Positions 25,333-37,493 of a stretch of DNA of 64,000 bases are shown here, piece by piece. The stretch spans positions 186,001-250,000 of the forward strand of contig JAMDHS010000006.1 of NCBI GenBank assembly GCA_029717555.1. The letters run 5' to 3'. A model generated the notes under the pieces. The model searched no databases. It was not told the origin of the DNA and was given only the letters and a program-made list of their open reading frames with translations. The position numbers were made by a program, and so were the translations under genes. The stretch is from Peribolospora baueri. Lineage: Eukaryota. How positions within the stretch are numbered: the stretch's first letter is position 1; every line of letters starts with the position of its first letter.

Positions 25333-26905
25333 ATGACGACAATGGCTACGCCGGACGGGGTGCGACGAGGGTACCTTGACGTACGCCCGCTCACGGCTGA
25401 GCAGGGCTCGTTGAGCAGGGCGGATGGGTCTGGCGAGTTTTCGTTCGGTAAGTCTTATCTCTGTTGAAAGACCTGCACGGTCAGCCGAGGCTTTCACAGC
25501 TGGATCTTTTTCCATTAAAGAGGAGAACTGATCATGAGTTCACTCTCTGTCCATCTTATGCTCATCTGTCTGTGTCGTGAACTGTCCTTCAGGCTCGCTA
25601 CAAGTGCTCGCGTCTGTCGTCGGACCCACGGAAGTGCGCATACGAGACGAGCTATTAGACCGGGCGACGCTCGAAGTCGTCGTAAGAAGCTTGAAGGGCG
25701 TTGCCGGTGCGTGAAGCATTCGTTTTCTTTACTTTTCGATGGCATCTATGCGCAAGGATAATGCATCTGCTCTCTACTATCTTTGGAGATCATGCTATCA
25801 GCGCTCTTGAACGACGTACTGATCCGCTCGCCTCTGGTGTCAACTCGCTCCAACAGGCGTGCCGACGAAATCCTTGGCAGACACGCTGCACACTCTTCTC
25901 TCCCCCGTTCTCCTTCTCCACGCTCACCCTCGCTCTCTCATCCAGCTCGTCATCCAAACCACCGCCTCTCCTCCCGCCCCTTCCGATTTCATCTCCGTCA
26001 CCTCTCCACTCAGTCTTCCCTCCCCTCCTGACGCCGCATATGGACAGGATGGAGAAGAAAAGGAGAAGGACATCAGGACCCGACGAAGGGGGCCGGACGC
26101 GGGCTTTGGAGCGGCGGAGAAGGCTGCGGCGGTGAACGCTGCCACTTTGGCACTGATGGATGCAGGGGTGGGTTTGAGGGGCGTCGTCGTGGGCGTCTCT
26201 TGCGCAGTTTTGGAAAAGGAGGAGGCGCGGAGATTTAGGGTTGCGGCCGACGAGGAGATGGAGACGGAGACGGATGCTGAAGAGGAGCGGCAAAGGTAAG
26301 CAAGGTTCGTTCCCTATGGTTACCTTGAAATAGTGTTGACAGGCAAAGGGGTTTATGTTGTCACGTCCGCCGCCCGCCTTAGAGTTCTCCTTTTAGATCC
26401 TACTCCTGCCGAAGAAGCGGTGGCGCTCTCGTCGCACTTTTTCGCCTTTGCATACTCTTCCGCGTTCGAACCCCCACCGTCGGTCCGTAACGCCGCTGCT
26501 GCCAGCCGACGCTCGAAAGGTGGAGATGCCGGGGAGGAGGATGGTATGGAAAAGGGTCGGACGGGAGAGCTTGTTGGCGCAGAGAGCTGGGGCCGTGGGA
26601 GGGAAGAGGAGGTGAGTGTGTTCGTTGGGTGAGACAGTCGCCCGACGCTGCGCTTGAGTCCATCCTTAGCTCACTGTCTTGTTTCATGTCCGGCTGTCTT
26701 CTGCATCGCTGGCGTGCATTTTCGTTTGCCTCTATTTCTTTCGGTTTTTTCTTCCTTTGGTTCGAAATCGCCTTATCCCATGTTGCTGTCCTCGACGTAG
26801 TACTTTGAGGCGCTTTCGGTGGCACGAAGGGCTTCTGCTCGGATCCTGTCGTTCATTCGACGCTCTGTGGAGGAACACCTCCTTGGTCAGAGCTCGTCTT
26901 CATAG
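25333..26905 (+). CDS. RRP46: Exosome core RNase PH-like subunit Rrp46/EXOSC5, multi-exon
   Basis: Spliced LSRADGSGEFSFG, ASVVGPTEVRIRDELLDRATLEV, HPRSLIQLVIQ, AAAVNAATLALMDAGVGLRG, LLLDPTPAEE. Confidence 0.85.
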
Positions 26906-27315
26906 TCAAAGGATCAACCTCATGAAATGTCACGACTGAAGTCGGCGGCCGATTGGGGGCTCCGTTGTATTATCCGTCTTGATCCATTGCCACCCAGGGA
27001 CGCTTGTACCTCCTTGCCAGTCAACAAACATGTCAGTCAGGCTAGGAACCCCTTGCAGTGCTGCAAGTCATCGGTTCAACCAGAATCATGGGAGCACCAC
27101 AAGAAGAGGGTGGGACCTTTGCTCCGCATCTACATAGACCTACAATGGACGCCCCGCCTCACCTGTGATGTTTTCAGTGCTGTTGCCTCGCAGGGTCGAT
27201 AGTGTGGGTCTGTGCGCAGGGCACCTCCCGCAGCAGTGATCCTTATCAGCAGTTGGATGGTGGACGACTACAGCCTTTCGGCCGGCGCTTCTTTTGTCTC
27301 TTTCAACAATTCGAC

Positions 27316-28602
27316 ATGTCCAACCAAGGCCCTGCGGGATTCGTTCGAATCGGCTCTCTCGTTTTTGCTAGACCGCAGTCCGGGGAACCGCCGGTGATCA
27401 AGTGAGTTATTGATGAGCTCTCCTGTGTACCGGTCGCACTGAAGGAGAGCGCCACGTCGTCGTCGATGCGTCGATACGAACAGCACAGCATGTCCTTGGG
27501 CGACCGATCTGGATGACTTGAAGAAGCTCTACCGCTGTCGCTACACTTCAGGTATCACCACACGAACGGCGCTGCTGTCACCAGCGGGCTTCGCGCACAG
27601 CGACGAACAGCACAAGTTTCGATTCTTCGGTGAAGACGAGGGCTTCAAAGCCCGAGGATCGATCAACAACCTTGGGTACAGTCCTCACGGCATCGACAAA
27701 TACGTCGAATGGGTCGAACGGCTTTTCAAGGAGGATGGCAAGAGCGTTCGCAAGCCCGTGCTCATCTCCGTGACGGGCACGCCAGACGAGGTTGACCAAT
27801 GCATCGCCAAGATACGAGGGTTGCGCTCCCGACTCTCTTCCGCGTTGCCACCGTCTTCTTCTCCCGTCGGCATTGAGCTCAACCTCTCTTGTCCTAATAT
27901 TCCCGGTCTGCCCCCTCCGGCATACTCCTCCGATTTGCTCTTGCTTTACCTACGCCTCGTCCTCAAGCACGCGAAGGAAGATCCTGAGCTGACTATAGGC
28001 GCCAAGCTCCCTCCGCTCGTGCACCAAGACATGTTCGATGGCGTCATACGGGCACTCGAGCGCGTGGTCCAGGACGACATCCACAAATCTGGAGGAGAGT
28101 CAAATGAATGGAAGGACAGGCATCCCCTCAGCTTCTTGACTTGCACCAACACTCTTGGGAACGGGTGCATCCTTCTACCAAACACTACGAATGAGTCGAA
28201 CGCAAACGGGCTCGTCGAGGCCGTTCCCGGAGCTTATGGAGGTCTTGGCGGCGAGACGATTCATGCTCTGTCGGTCGGTGAGTAAGAAGAACCAAGCCTC
28301 TATATCATGGCGACATTCCTATCTCATGCCCCGATCGCCTCGCTTAATCTTTGGCCCCAGGTAACGTTTACCGCTTCAACAGTATTCTCTCCCGGGCAAG
28401 CCCCAGTCTTCGGAGTATCTCTCTCATTGGAAGCGGCGGCGTCTCCTCCCGCATCGCCGCCCTCCGGTTCGCTCATGCGGGGGCGAGCATCGTGGGCATC
28501 GCCACGGCTCTAGGTCGCGATGGCTTGGAGGCGTTTTCTGAGGTGGCTGGTGGCCCGGTGGAGGAGAATAAGTTTTATCTTCCTCCTGGAAGAGCATTGT
28601 AA
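27316..28602 (+). CDS. Class-1A dihydroorotate dehydrogenase-like FMN enzyme, probable dihydrouracil oxidase, 3 exons
   Basis: Spliced PPVINTACPWAT, ITTRT, SINNLGYSP, KPVLISVTG, IELNLSCPNIP, GAKLPP, TCTNTLGN, GGLGGETIHALSVGNV, IGSGGV, ATALG. There is no mitochondrial or transmembrane leader, unlike class 2 Ura9. Confidence 0.8.
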
Positions 28603-29149
28603 GAAACAAGTATCTTGATAGAGTGACCGGCTTGGGAAATATTCCACATGGACATGGACGGGCCCGTGTCTCCGTTCTGCGCTCTATGAGCTTGGCAGTC
28701 GGAACGAAAGGTCTTAGGGCTTCTCGGTCGCTGCCTACGGGCACGGGACCACGGGCGAGGTGATGAATTCTATTTCACGACAAAAGTCCATATGTGATGA
28801 TTGTCGCACACAAGACCGCGGTGGTTTATAGTACGAGCTTGCTGCGACGGCCAGGAGGAACGGTCAAGGACAGGATCTGTCGAGGGCGCCAGGATCGGCC
28901 TCGGCTTGGTAACAAGCATCCTGATGACTAAGCGGCATGTAGAAGTCTCACCACGTGTCGGTGACAGGCAAGGCTGGAAAGATCTCCATCACGAGAAAGT
29001 CGCACAGCGAGTCGGTCGTCGATCAGTGTCGGTCTCATCCTAAAGTCACTTAGAGACAACGGTTGGGCATCGGCATCCAACAGCATTCACTGCAGCTTCA
29101 GCCCCCACCGAGTGTTAGAGTGCATGGCGCGGCCATCTTCGCTGTCAAC

Positions 29150-32100
29150 ATGCCGCCCATCGCACTCTCCTCTCGCTCTTCCGCCTCGTCACCGCCCTTG
29201 CCGTCATCTCCTCGATTGCCTCCCTCTGCCGGGGCCGCCGCAGGAGAGTCTGGGTCGACAGCGGGCGCCAAGAAGGGCAGCGCGACTCAGCGACCATCCA
29301 ACGGCACGCTCACATTCGCCGCCGGTCAGGTCCTCGAGCCTCACGCGCCACCGCCGCCCAAGGCGAACCAGCGGACCGATCCTCTGAGGAAACGGAACTG
29401 GCGTGGCGGCTCAGAACGCGGAGGCGGATGGAGCACCAATGGTCACGGCCACGGCCACGGTCATGGACATGTACACAGCGCGGGCAAGAGCCCTGGACCG
29501 CACCGCGGTCCTTTCGCCACCAAAGGGGAAGGCGAGGGCGCGCTGCTCTCCTCTTCCACTAACGACAGCGAGTCGACCACGTACGCCGCTGGACCATCCG
29601 CCGCGGCGGGCGCGTCCACGACCGAGGGCAGCTCGAGCGAGGGGACGTCTGACGACTGGAGGAGGTTGAGCTGGGACCGGAGTCTGGCTGGACGGGAACG
29701 GTCGCGAAGGCGGAGCGACGGGCGGCTGGGTGAGTTCTTCTCAATCGGAGGGAGGGGGCAGGAAAATCATCGTTCGAGTAACCTCGGGACGAGGAACGCG
29801 AACGTGTTTCAAGAGGGCTCTACCTTGCGAGACGCCGGGATTTCGGGCGGTTTCTCGAGCGCTTTGAGCTTCGCTAGCAGTCTCGCTCGAGGCGGAGAAG
29901 AGTTGGGCGCCGGGCTGGGGATCGCGCTGGGAAGGACGAGGCTGGCGCGCATCAAGAGCCGCTCGGCTGAGGAGTTGCTGGACGGCGAAGAGGAAGATGA
30001 GGACGACCTTCTTGGCGTTCCGTACAGGCAGCAGCAGCGGAGGATCGGCCGGAACGGGCCTAGTGGCTCGTCTTCGGTGACCGTCAACAACGGCGTCGGT
30101 GCTTCATACGACCTGCTCCTTCGCCGACAATCGCATCCTGGCGGAGGACGTTTCCCATTCTCCTCCCCGTCTGATCCGGGAATGAGCTCTATTTCCTCTG
30201 GAAGACATTCGCCGATGTCGCCAACGACGGCCTCCTCCTCTCGACTCTTGCAACTCCCTTTTTCTCGCGAACCGAGTCCTTACACCGCCCTGTATCCCGA
30301 TCCGCCTTCCAGGAACAAGGACAGGGAGCGAGGCAGGGAGCGTCGCGAGGCGAGCCGAAATCGCGACCAACGCCATCACACCCGCACCCATGGCCACGGT
30401 AACGGCCAGCTACCGCGAACGGGAGCTGGCGGGCGCGGGGGACATCGTTCCTCCTGGCCCAACCCGTCTGGACATGCGGCCACCGGCCATCCTATCCCAT
30501 CGCAGAATGGTTCGACAGTGCCCGCGAATGTGAGCGCTTTGGCATGGCGTGCGCAGACGAGGGCGATGAACAGAAGGAAACCCAAGGCCGAGGTTATGGC
30601 GTTCGTCGAGATGACGCTCATCAGTACCGCCGCACTCGCGGCCTGCTGGAGGCTGTATATGCTGGGAGGGCGCGCGGCTGAGCAGAGCAGAGGTGAGAGA
30701 ACGCTCACTTCTAACGGTTACAGCCGTATCAGTGCTAAGCTTGATGTTTGCTTCCGGCGTCACCTTGAATTCACACCAAATGTTCACACTCTTTGCGCGG
30801 CTTCTCTCCTGCAGAACTGTTTGCCCTCGTCATCGCCAGTTGTGCTTACGTGTTGGTGAGGAGGCCCGGTGAAGCGGGGATGATTTGGGCGACGGATGAG
30901 AGGAACTACAGGTGCGGACCAGTCTGCCCTTCTTTCCTTTGCTGAAAATTTGCCCTCAGGCGCGCACTCACCTTCTTCCTGCATACGACGCCTGCCACCA
31001 CCTTCCCAGGTCATGCGAGGAGGACGGTGCGATAACTGCGCTTCTCTACCCGCCGCTGTTGGCGTCTGCTGCACTAATCTCCTCCGTCTCCGAGCTTTCC
31101 TCCATCGACGCGCTCTCTGTCTCTTCCTTCTCTCCGAACGGCGAGCCGCTACCCAATCCGCCGTGGCTTGTCTCCTCACCGCCGCGAATTCTTCACCATG
31201 CCCACCCGCTCCCTCAGCTAACCGTTCCCATCCAGGACGCCGGCAGCGACGCTCTCGCCGATAGCACCACGAGCAGCGCGCTCATCCTCGCCCGCCAATC
31301 CCTCCTCTCCATAACAACCCTCCTGTCCACCATCCTTCTTGTCCACCTCCTCGCCATGCGCTACCTAAGGATACCAGAGCAGGGTAGGACGATGAACAAC
31401 TGGCAGAAGTTCTTCAGTTTTGTCGGCTTTGCGCATTGTCTCTCGGCTTGCCTGGGCGGGGTTTGGATGTTTGGGAAGTGGATCTGCCCCATGTGGACTC
31501 CTTGGAGAGGTGAGCTGGACTTGGAAGATTGCGACACGCGCGATGCTTGGACTTTCTGGATGGGAGGATGACTGACCAGCCCCACCCATGCGCCCTGCAC
31601 GGACGCAGACCTTTCCACCTTTGAATTCTTCATGGTCTCCCTCCTCTTTCAAGCTGACCTCTACACCGTGTCGCGCCTCGCTCGGAGGGGCTTCACCCTC
31701 GGAGAACTGATGATCGTCTCCGCGATGGGTGTCACGTTGACGATGGAGACGACGAATCTAACCATTGCCAAGGTGAGAGATTGGCGGTAGGATTGGCCAA
31801 ATGGAAATCCGTCTTTGCGTCGTAGCCGATCTTGCGCACACATCTCATGGACACTTTGCCGTGTTCACATGCACCCAGATTTGGCCGCTATCTACGCCGT
31901 ACATCAAGACCTTCCGCCGGCCGACGCCTCTGCTCTTCTTCCACCTGGCGCTCATCGTCGGCGTCTTTATGATCGGCTTCTTCCTCTCGCCCCTACTCGT
32001 CCTCTCCCGGCACCTCGCCCAAAAGCCCCTCCACCGGCTCCGCTGGCCGCACAAGCGCGACTTGCACCGGCGGCTGCTGGCCATATTCTTCTACGTCTTT

Positions 32101-33979
32101 ACCGTACTCATCATCGAGGGCGTCATCGCCATGTGGTTGCGCTGGCTTTTGGGCAAGAGGGACCCGTGGCTTTGGACGCTGGGGTGGATTCTCAAGGGGA
32201 GGAGGTGGTGGGTGCGTCCCGTGCTCGTCGCCTATTGGGCCGCGCTCATCTCCGTCTCTGTGGCGGGATGGACGGCGCAGCTGGCGCGTGTGAAGAGGAT
32301 CAGAATCCTGGCCCCGGGCATGGGCGTCGGCGTCGGAGTCGGTGGTGCTGGTGCTGGTGCTAGTGGTGCCGGCGGAGGCAGCACGGGTTCTGGAGGCGCG
32401 GCGGGAGGCGGCGGCGGCGACGCCGCCGCCGTCCCTCCTTCCCCTCGGTTACAGACGAGCGCTCTCGTCGTGCCTTCCTCGACGGCCACGAGCGGACACA
32501 ACGTTCTGGACGCGGCTTCGCTCGCCCCGGCCCCCGCTCCGCCGCCGCCTTCCGCTCAAGCTCCGGGCGGTATCGCAGGTGCGAGCCCGAGCGCTCTCTC
32601 TGGAGCGAATGGAAAGGAAGGAGGGATGGGAGGCGCGGGCGCGATTTGGACGACCGCGCTGGCTCCGGCTCCTGGCGGCTCCGGTGTCGTCTCGGCGTGG
32701 AGCAGCAGCATCGTGGGCGCGGCCGGCGCTGGGGCCGGCGTGGTGGGAGGAACGGGGACGAGCCCTGGAAACACGTCCCAGCCGTCGAACAAGGCGAGCG
32801 TGCCAGGGCCTGGGTCGACGACGAGTGCGACCGGCGCGACACCTACGCCTACGACGACGACGACGAAGAAGTCGCCACACTTGAGCTTGAACGCCCGTCG
32901 AAAATTCTTCCACGCTCTCGCGGTCGTCATGTTCGTACCGGGCTTAGCTATCGATGTGAGTCTCTCTCTCCTCTTGAGCATCTGTTCGTCCTTGCCATGA
33001 CACGGTTCGCCGCTCATGCCCGCATGGCCTGCTCCCCCAACCCCGGACCGCCTCCGTTCCCGCGACAGCCGGCCTTCACCCACCTCTCCTTCTCGCTCGC
33101 CTTTGCCGCGTTCACGCTGCTAGAGTACATCCGTTACTACGCGCTCTACCCGTTCGGTGCATCAGTGCACGTCTTCCTCAACGAGTTTCTCGACCACAAG
33201 GACTCTGGACCGGTCATTTTGAGCCATTTTTACCTGCTCACCGGGTGTGCGGGCACGGTGTGGCTCGAAGGGTGAGTGGGTGGTGTGGTGTGATATGGTT
33301 TTGGTGTGATATGATGTTGTGGGCTCAACGGATACAACTTTCGCTCCGTTCACCGTCCGTTCATGGCGCCCGTCGCTCGTTTCGCAGCTCGTCGGACATT
33401 CTCCGCTACACTGGCGTGCTCGTCCTCGGCGTCGGAGACGCTCTGGTGAGCCGCCGCTCCGTCCGTCGTTTTTGCACCGGACCGTGTCGTCATCAGTCGC
33501 TTATTCGACCCCATTTTCTTCCTCCTCTTCCTCTTCCTCCTTCTCCGCATTCCTATATCCTCGTCCTCGCTCGCAGGCATCGATCGTGGGTAAACGCCTA
33601 GGCCGGCACAGGTGGCCGGGCTCGTCGAAGACGGTGGAGGGCTCGGTGGCGTTCGTTGGGAGCGTGGTGGCATGTGCGTGGATGCTCCGGTTGTGCGGCG
33701 CTGTGGAGACATTCGATGTGAGTGCTGCCGTCATGGACGGCGGGGCTGTGGTTTTGGCTTCGTGCGGTCCGCGGTCACCTCGTTTATCTCGCCTCATCTC
33801 GTGCCTCTTACTGTCCATCGCCCCTCTTCATTCCCCCTTCTTCTCTTCGCTCGCTTCAGCTCACCACGTACACGCTCGTCACGACGCTTTCAGCTCTCCT
33901 AGAAGCTGTGTCGTGGCAGAACGACAACGTGGTCATCCCGGTGTATTTCTGGAGTGTGGGCACATTACTCGGTCTCTAA
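29150..33979 (+). CDS. SEC59: Dolichol kinase (CTP-dependent) with long disordered N-terminus, multi-exon
   Basis: RRGFTLGEL, LNARRKFFHALAV, EFLDHKDSGPVILSHFYLLTGCA, LVLGVGDALASIVGKRLGRHRWPGSSKTVEGSVAF, EAVSWQNDNVVIP. Confidence 0.9.
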
Positions 33980-34276
33980 CGAACCGAGCAGGTCGTCTGT
34001 CTACTCCACTTCAATGCTGCTCGGTTCGACGATGGCGTGCGCGGAGGACGACGCCGTGTCGGGGAAGGAGATTTGTCGGGGCCATGGCCGACGTTGCGTG
34101 CTGGCCAACGTGTAGATAATTGCCCGCTGCCTAATTTAAAACGTAGAGTTGTGATATGCTACGGCGAGCTTGCCTCTGGGGCATCGGGGCATGTCACCGA
34201 CGTGGGTCAGGGCCGGACTCAGGCTGAGTGGAGACGAGTTAGACTATGGTCAGTAGGGTTACGAGTCCGGATGAGG

Positions 34277-34656
34277 ACCTCTGCGGTGACGACTATCGCT
34301 TCGCGCCACGCCGGGTGAGTGAGTACCTTTGCGGTCACCACCACCATCTCGTCGCCGACGTGGGATGAGACTGAAGAGAGCGAGGCGATGATTGGTCTTG
34401 ATTTCAAATCAAATCTTTCTTGCCGTTCTCCTGTCGCTGTGATCTCTGCTCATGCGACCACCCCGCTCCCTCCTTGCGTCCGTCACTCACGGCTGACCCT
34501 TCCTTTGGCCCTGACCTGACCTGACCTGACCGCGGCCCTGACCCTGCCGGGGCTTTGCCGTACCTGGATGACGTTCCGGTGCCTGGCCGACCATGGCCCA
34601 TGGTGTGGGTGGATGGGGGACGGGTGGAAGGCGACGTCCTCTACGACCGCACCGGT
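34277..34656. promoter_or_regulatory. Three ACCnnTGCGGT motifs (ZRE-like) upstream of the ZIP transporter
   Basis: ACCTCTGCGGT 34277-34287 (+), ACCTTTGCGGT 34325-34335 (+), ACCGGTGCGGT 34646-34656 (-). Confidence 0.45.
34509..34531. repeat. (CCTGA)n pentanucleotide repeat
   Basis: ccctgacctgacctgacctgacc in the ZIP promoter. Confidence 0.8.
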
Positions 34657-34891
34657 GCCGACACGTTCCTCTTCCGTGCCCTCGGACGACATCGAATTGG
34701 ATTTTTAAACGCCCTCATTCTCGCAAACCTCCATCCCACCACCATTGCCCCCCCACCCTTCTGGGTCCCTTCTCCCCGCTCGCTCACTTGCTCCTGCCCG
34801 CTTCGCTCGCTCAACTCATCCTCTTCTCCCCTCCGGGCGACATATTCTCTTTCCTTTTCACTTAACCTCCGCAGGGGCTCCGTCGACCACC

Positions 34892-36637
34892 ATGTCCGAC
34901 TCGCCCAACTGCGGCGCTGGCAACAGCTACGATGGAAGGCTAGGCCTCCGCGTCGGCGCCATCTTCATCCTTTGGGCCAGCTCCTCCTGCGCCGCCCTCT
35001 TCCCCGTCGCGACGAAGAGGTGGAGCAAGATGGCGGTCAGGGTCGTGAGTGCCGGTGACCCGTCGCGTTCTCTACCAGACCCTGCGGGGCGGGCGGGCGA
35101 CACGCGTATCGCTGACCCGCCTCGGCAACGCCCCCACTGCTTCCTTGCTCCCTCGCAGCCACCGTCCGTGTTTGACGTCGCGAAATACGCTGGCTCAGGC
35201 GTCATTATCGCCACCGCCTTCATCCACGTGAGCTCTTCACACCCAGCGTTCCCCCCCCCCCCCCCCCACCCCCGACCCCTTCCGTCTTCACGAACCGTAC
35301 CGCTGACCACTCCCTTTCATTCGTCTTCCCTCCTTCGCCGGCCTTCGGACAGCTCCTCGCGCCCGCGTTCGCTGAATTGGGCTCTCCCTGCCTCACGGGC
35401 GTGTGGACGGAATACGACTGGGCGCCGGCGATCGCAATGTGCGCCGTCTTTGCCATCTTCGTCGTCGAGCTCGCCGCCTTCCGATGGGGTACGGCCAAGG
35501 CCGCCGAGTTGGCGTTTAGGTACGACGCCCACGCCCATGCCGTCGTCGGCGCCCACGGGCCCGAGGCCGGCTCAGCGACGTGTGGCGACGCTGACGCTCG
35601 TACTGGAGACATCGAGCGTGGTCTCGAAGACGAGGGGGAGGGCGGGTACAGGGGAGGAAGGGAAAACGACGGGGCGAGCTTGAAGAAGGATGCGGAGGCG
35701 GACGTCGGCCGCGCTCACGACCCTCACCAACATCACCACCACCACCACTACCATGACGACGTCAACGACTTGACCGCCGTTGCGAAGAATAGCGAGCCCG
35801 TATGGGCGAACGTCACGAGCGTTATGGTGCTAGAGTTCGGAGTCGTCTTCCGTGAGTGTCCCGTGTCGGTCCTCGTCCGAGGATCATTCCCAATTCGACT
35901 CGATCCCGCTAACCGTCGGCCGACACCTGACCTGGCCTGAACCAACCTGCAGACTCGGTCATCATTGGCCTCACGCTGGCAGTGACGGACGCCTTTAACG
36001 TGCTGTTCGTCGTCATCATCTTCCACCGTGAGTGTCGACGGCTGGCCGGTCGGCCGGTAGGGCTCGCACGGAGCGTGGGCAAGCCGTCTTCGCTCATTAT
36101 CCCCACACCGATCGTGCCGCCCACCGTCACAGAGATGTTCGAAGGCCTAGGTTTGGGAACCCGGTTGGCCTACCTGCCCGCCTCGCTCGGCTCCCTCATC
36201 CCCTTCACGGGAGCCCTCATCTACGGCCTCGTCACCCCCGTCGGCATGGCCATCGGCCTCGGCGTCCGAACGAGCTACAACCCCGACAGCACGACGGCGA
36301 GCATCGTCTCCGGCGTGCTGGATGCCACCAGCGCTGGCATCTTGTTGTACACTGGTCTCGTCGAGCTGTGAGTGTCCGTGGAGGAGTCGAGTCGGCTCGC
36401 CCCCGCGTCGCCTCGCATCTACTCCCTCCTCTTGGCACAACGCGCTGACCAGATCGTGCCTACCCTCCGGTCCAAACCCACCCCTCCTCTCGTTCCCTCC
36501 CACCCACCCACAGTCTGGCCCACGAGTTCATCTTCAACGAAGGGATGCGCAAAGCCCCCGCAAGCCGCGTCTTCCTCAACGTCCTTGAGATGCTCGTCGG
36601 CGCAGGCATCATGGCCTTGCTCGGCCGATGGGCTTGA
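34892..36637 (+). CDS. ZIP-family zinc/iron permease (Zrt1/Zrt2-like), multi-exon
   Basis: LGLRVGAIFIL, KYAGSGVIIATAFIHLL, His-rich loop HQHHHHHHYH, LEFGVVFHSVIIGLTL, FHQMFEGLGLGTRL-like segment, SAGILLYTGLVELLAHEF, MALLGRWA*. Confidence 0.93.
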
Positions 36638-37008
36638 GTTTGATTTGATTTCCTTTTCCCTTTTGCTATTGGACTTGTTTCGCGTGTGCTGGGGAAATGG
36701 CCTGGCAGCGTGGGCGACTTTTGTGTTCCATTCCATTTCGGTTTCCCTCCATCGGTATTGGCATCGGCATCCGTCGGCGTCGGTGTGGACGCTTGGCTTC
36801 GCTCGAATTCGGTCTGGGTTTGGGTTTGGGTCATACTTTATACGTCGTGTTGTTTAGGATTAGACTCGCGCCCGTCGCCGGATGAGATGCCAATTTCACT
36901 CCGTACGCACCACCCTCCATCTCCATTTCATGCCCTCCCGTCCCCATCCCGTCCTGTCGGCCTCACATGCCCGTCCGATCATTTGGCTGTTGGCGGTGAC
37001 TCGATCTC

Positions 37009-37040
37009 CGTCTCGTCTCGTCTCGTCTCGTCTCGTCTCG
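37009..37040. repeat. (CGTCT)n pentanucleotide microsatellite
   Basis: cgtctcgtctcgtctcgtctcgtctcgtctcg between the convergent ZIP and ERF4 3' ends. Confidence 0.9.
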
Positions 37041-37493
37041 CCAGGTGGGACTCGATGGGGCGAGGAGCAAAAGCAAAGTCGGGGCGAACGGTATGCCATT
37101 AGAGTATTTCGGAGTATCGGGTATGCGGAACAACAATACACGAAGAGCGCGGGTTGTAAAAAGAAAAGTAAAGTAAAGAAAGAAAAAACTGAGCCGAGTA
37201 GAGCTGATGTAGAATCGAATCGAGTGACACGATACGCGCGCAAAGAATAAGAGAAGCGCGGAGGAATGCGAAGCGGACCGAGTGCGAAAGCCGGGAGGAA
37301 TGCAAGGAAGGTCGTGTCAGGTTGCTTGGGAACGGGACGGCGAGGGAAGGAGGAGCGCAGTGGGAAACGAAAGCGAAGACGAAGAAGGGAGGTGAGGCGA
37401 CCTCGAGAGGGACGTGCGTTGAGATAAAATCGGACGGAACGCTGCCAGGGGCAAGAGGTGCGCCTAGATGGAGGGTCTGCCCAAGGGCAAGGC

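Noticed and set aside
28585..28630. Peroxisomal PTS1 or stop read-through on the putative oxidase
   Set aside because: The C-terminus -RAL is not a canonical PTS1. The stop is TAA without the TGA-CTA context, and read-through gives no SKL-like end.
35251..35267. C17 homopolymer in a ZIP intron as a G-quadruplex regulator
   Set aside because: It is a simple mononucleotide run with no further support, and its length may be unreliable.
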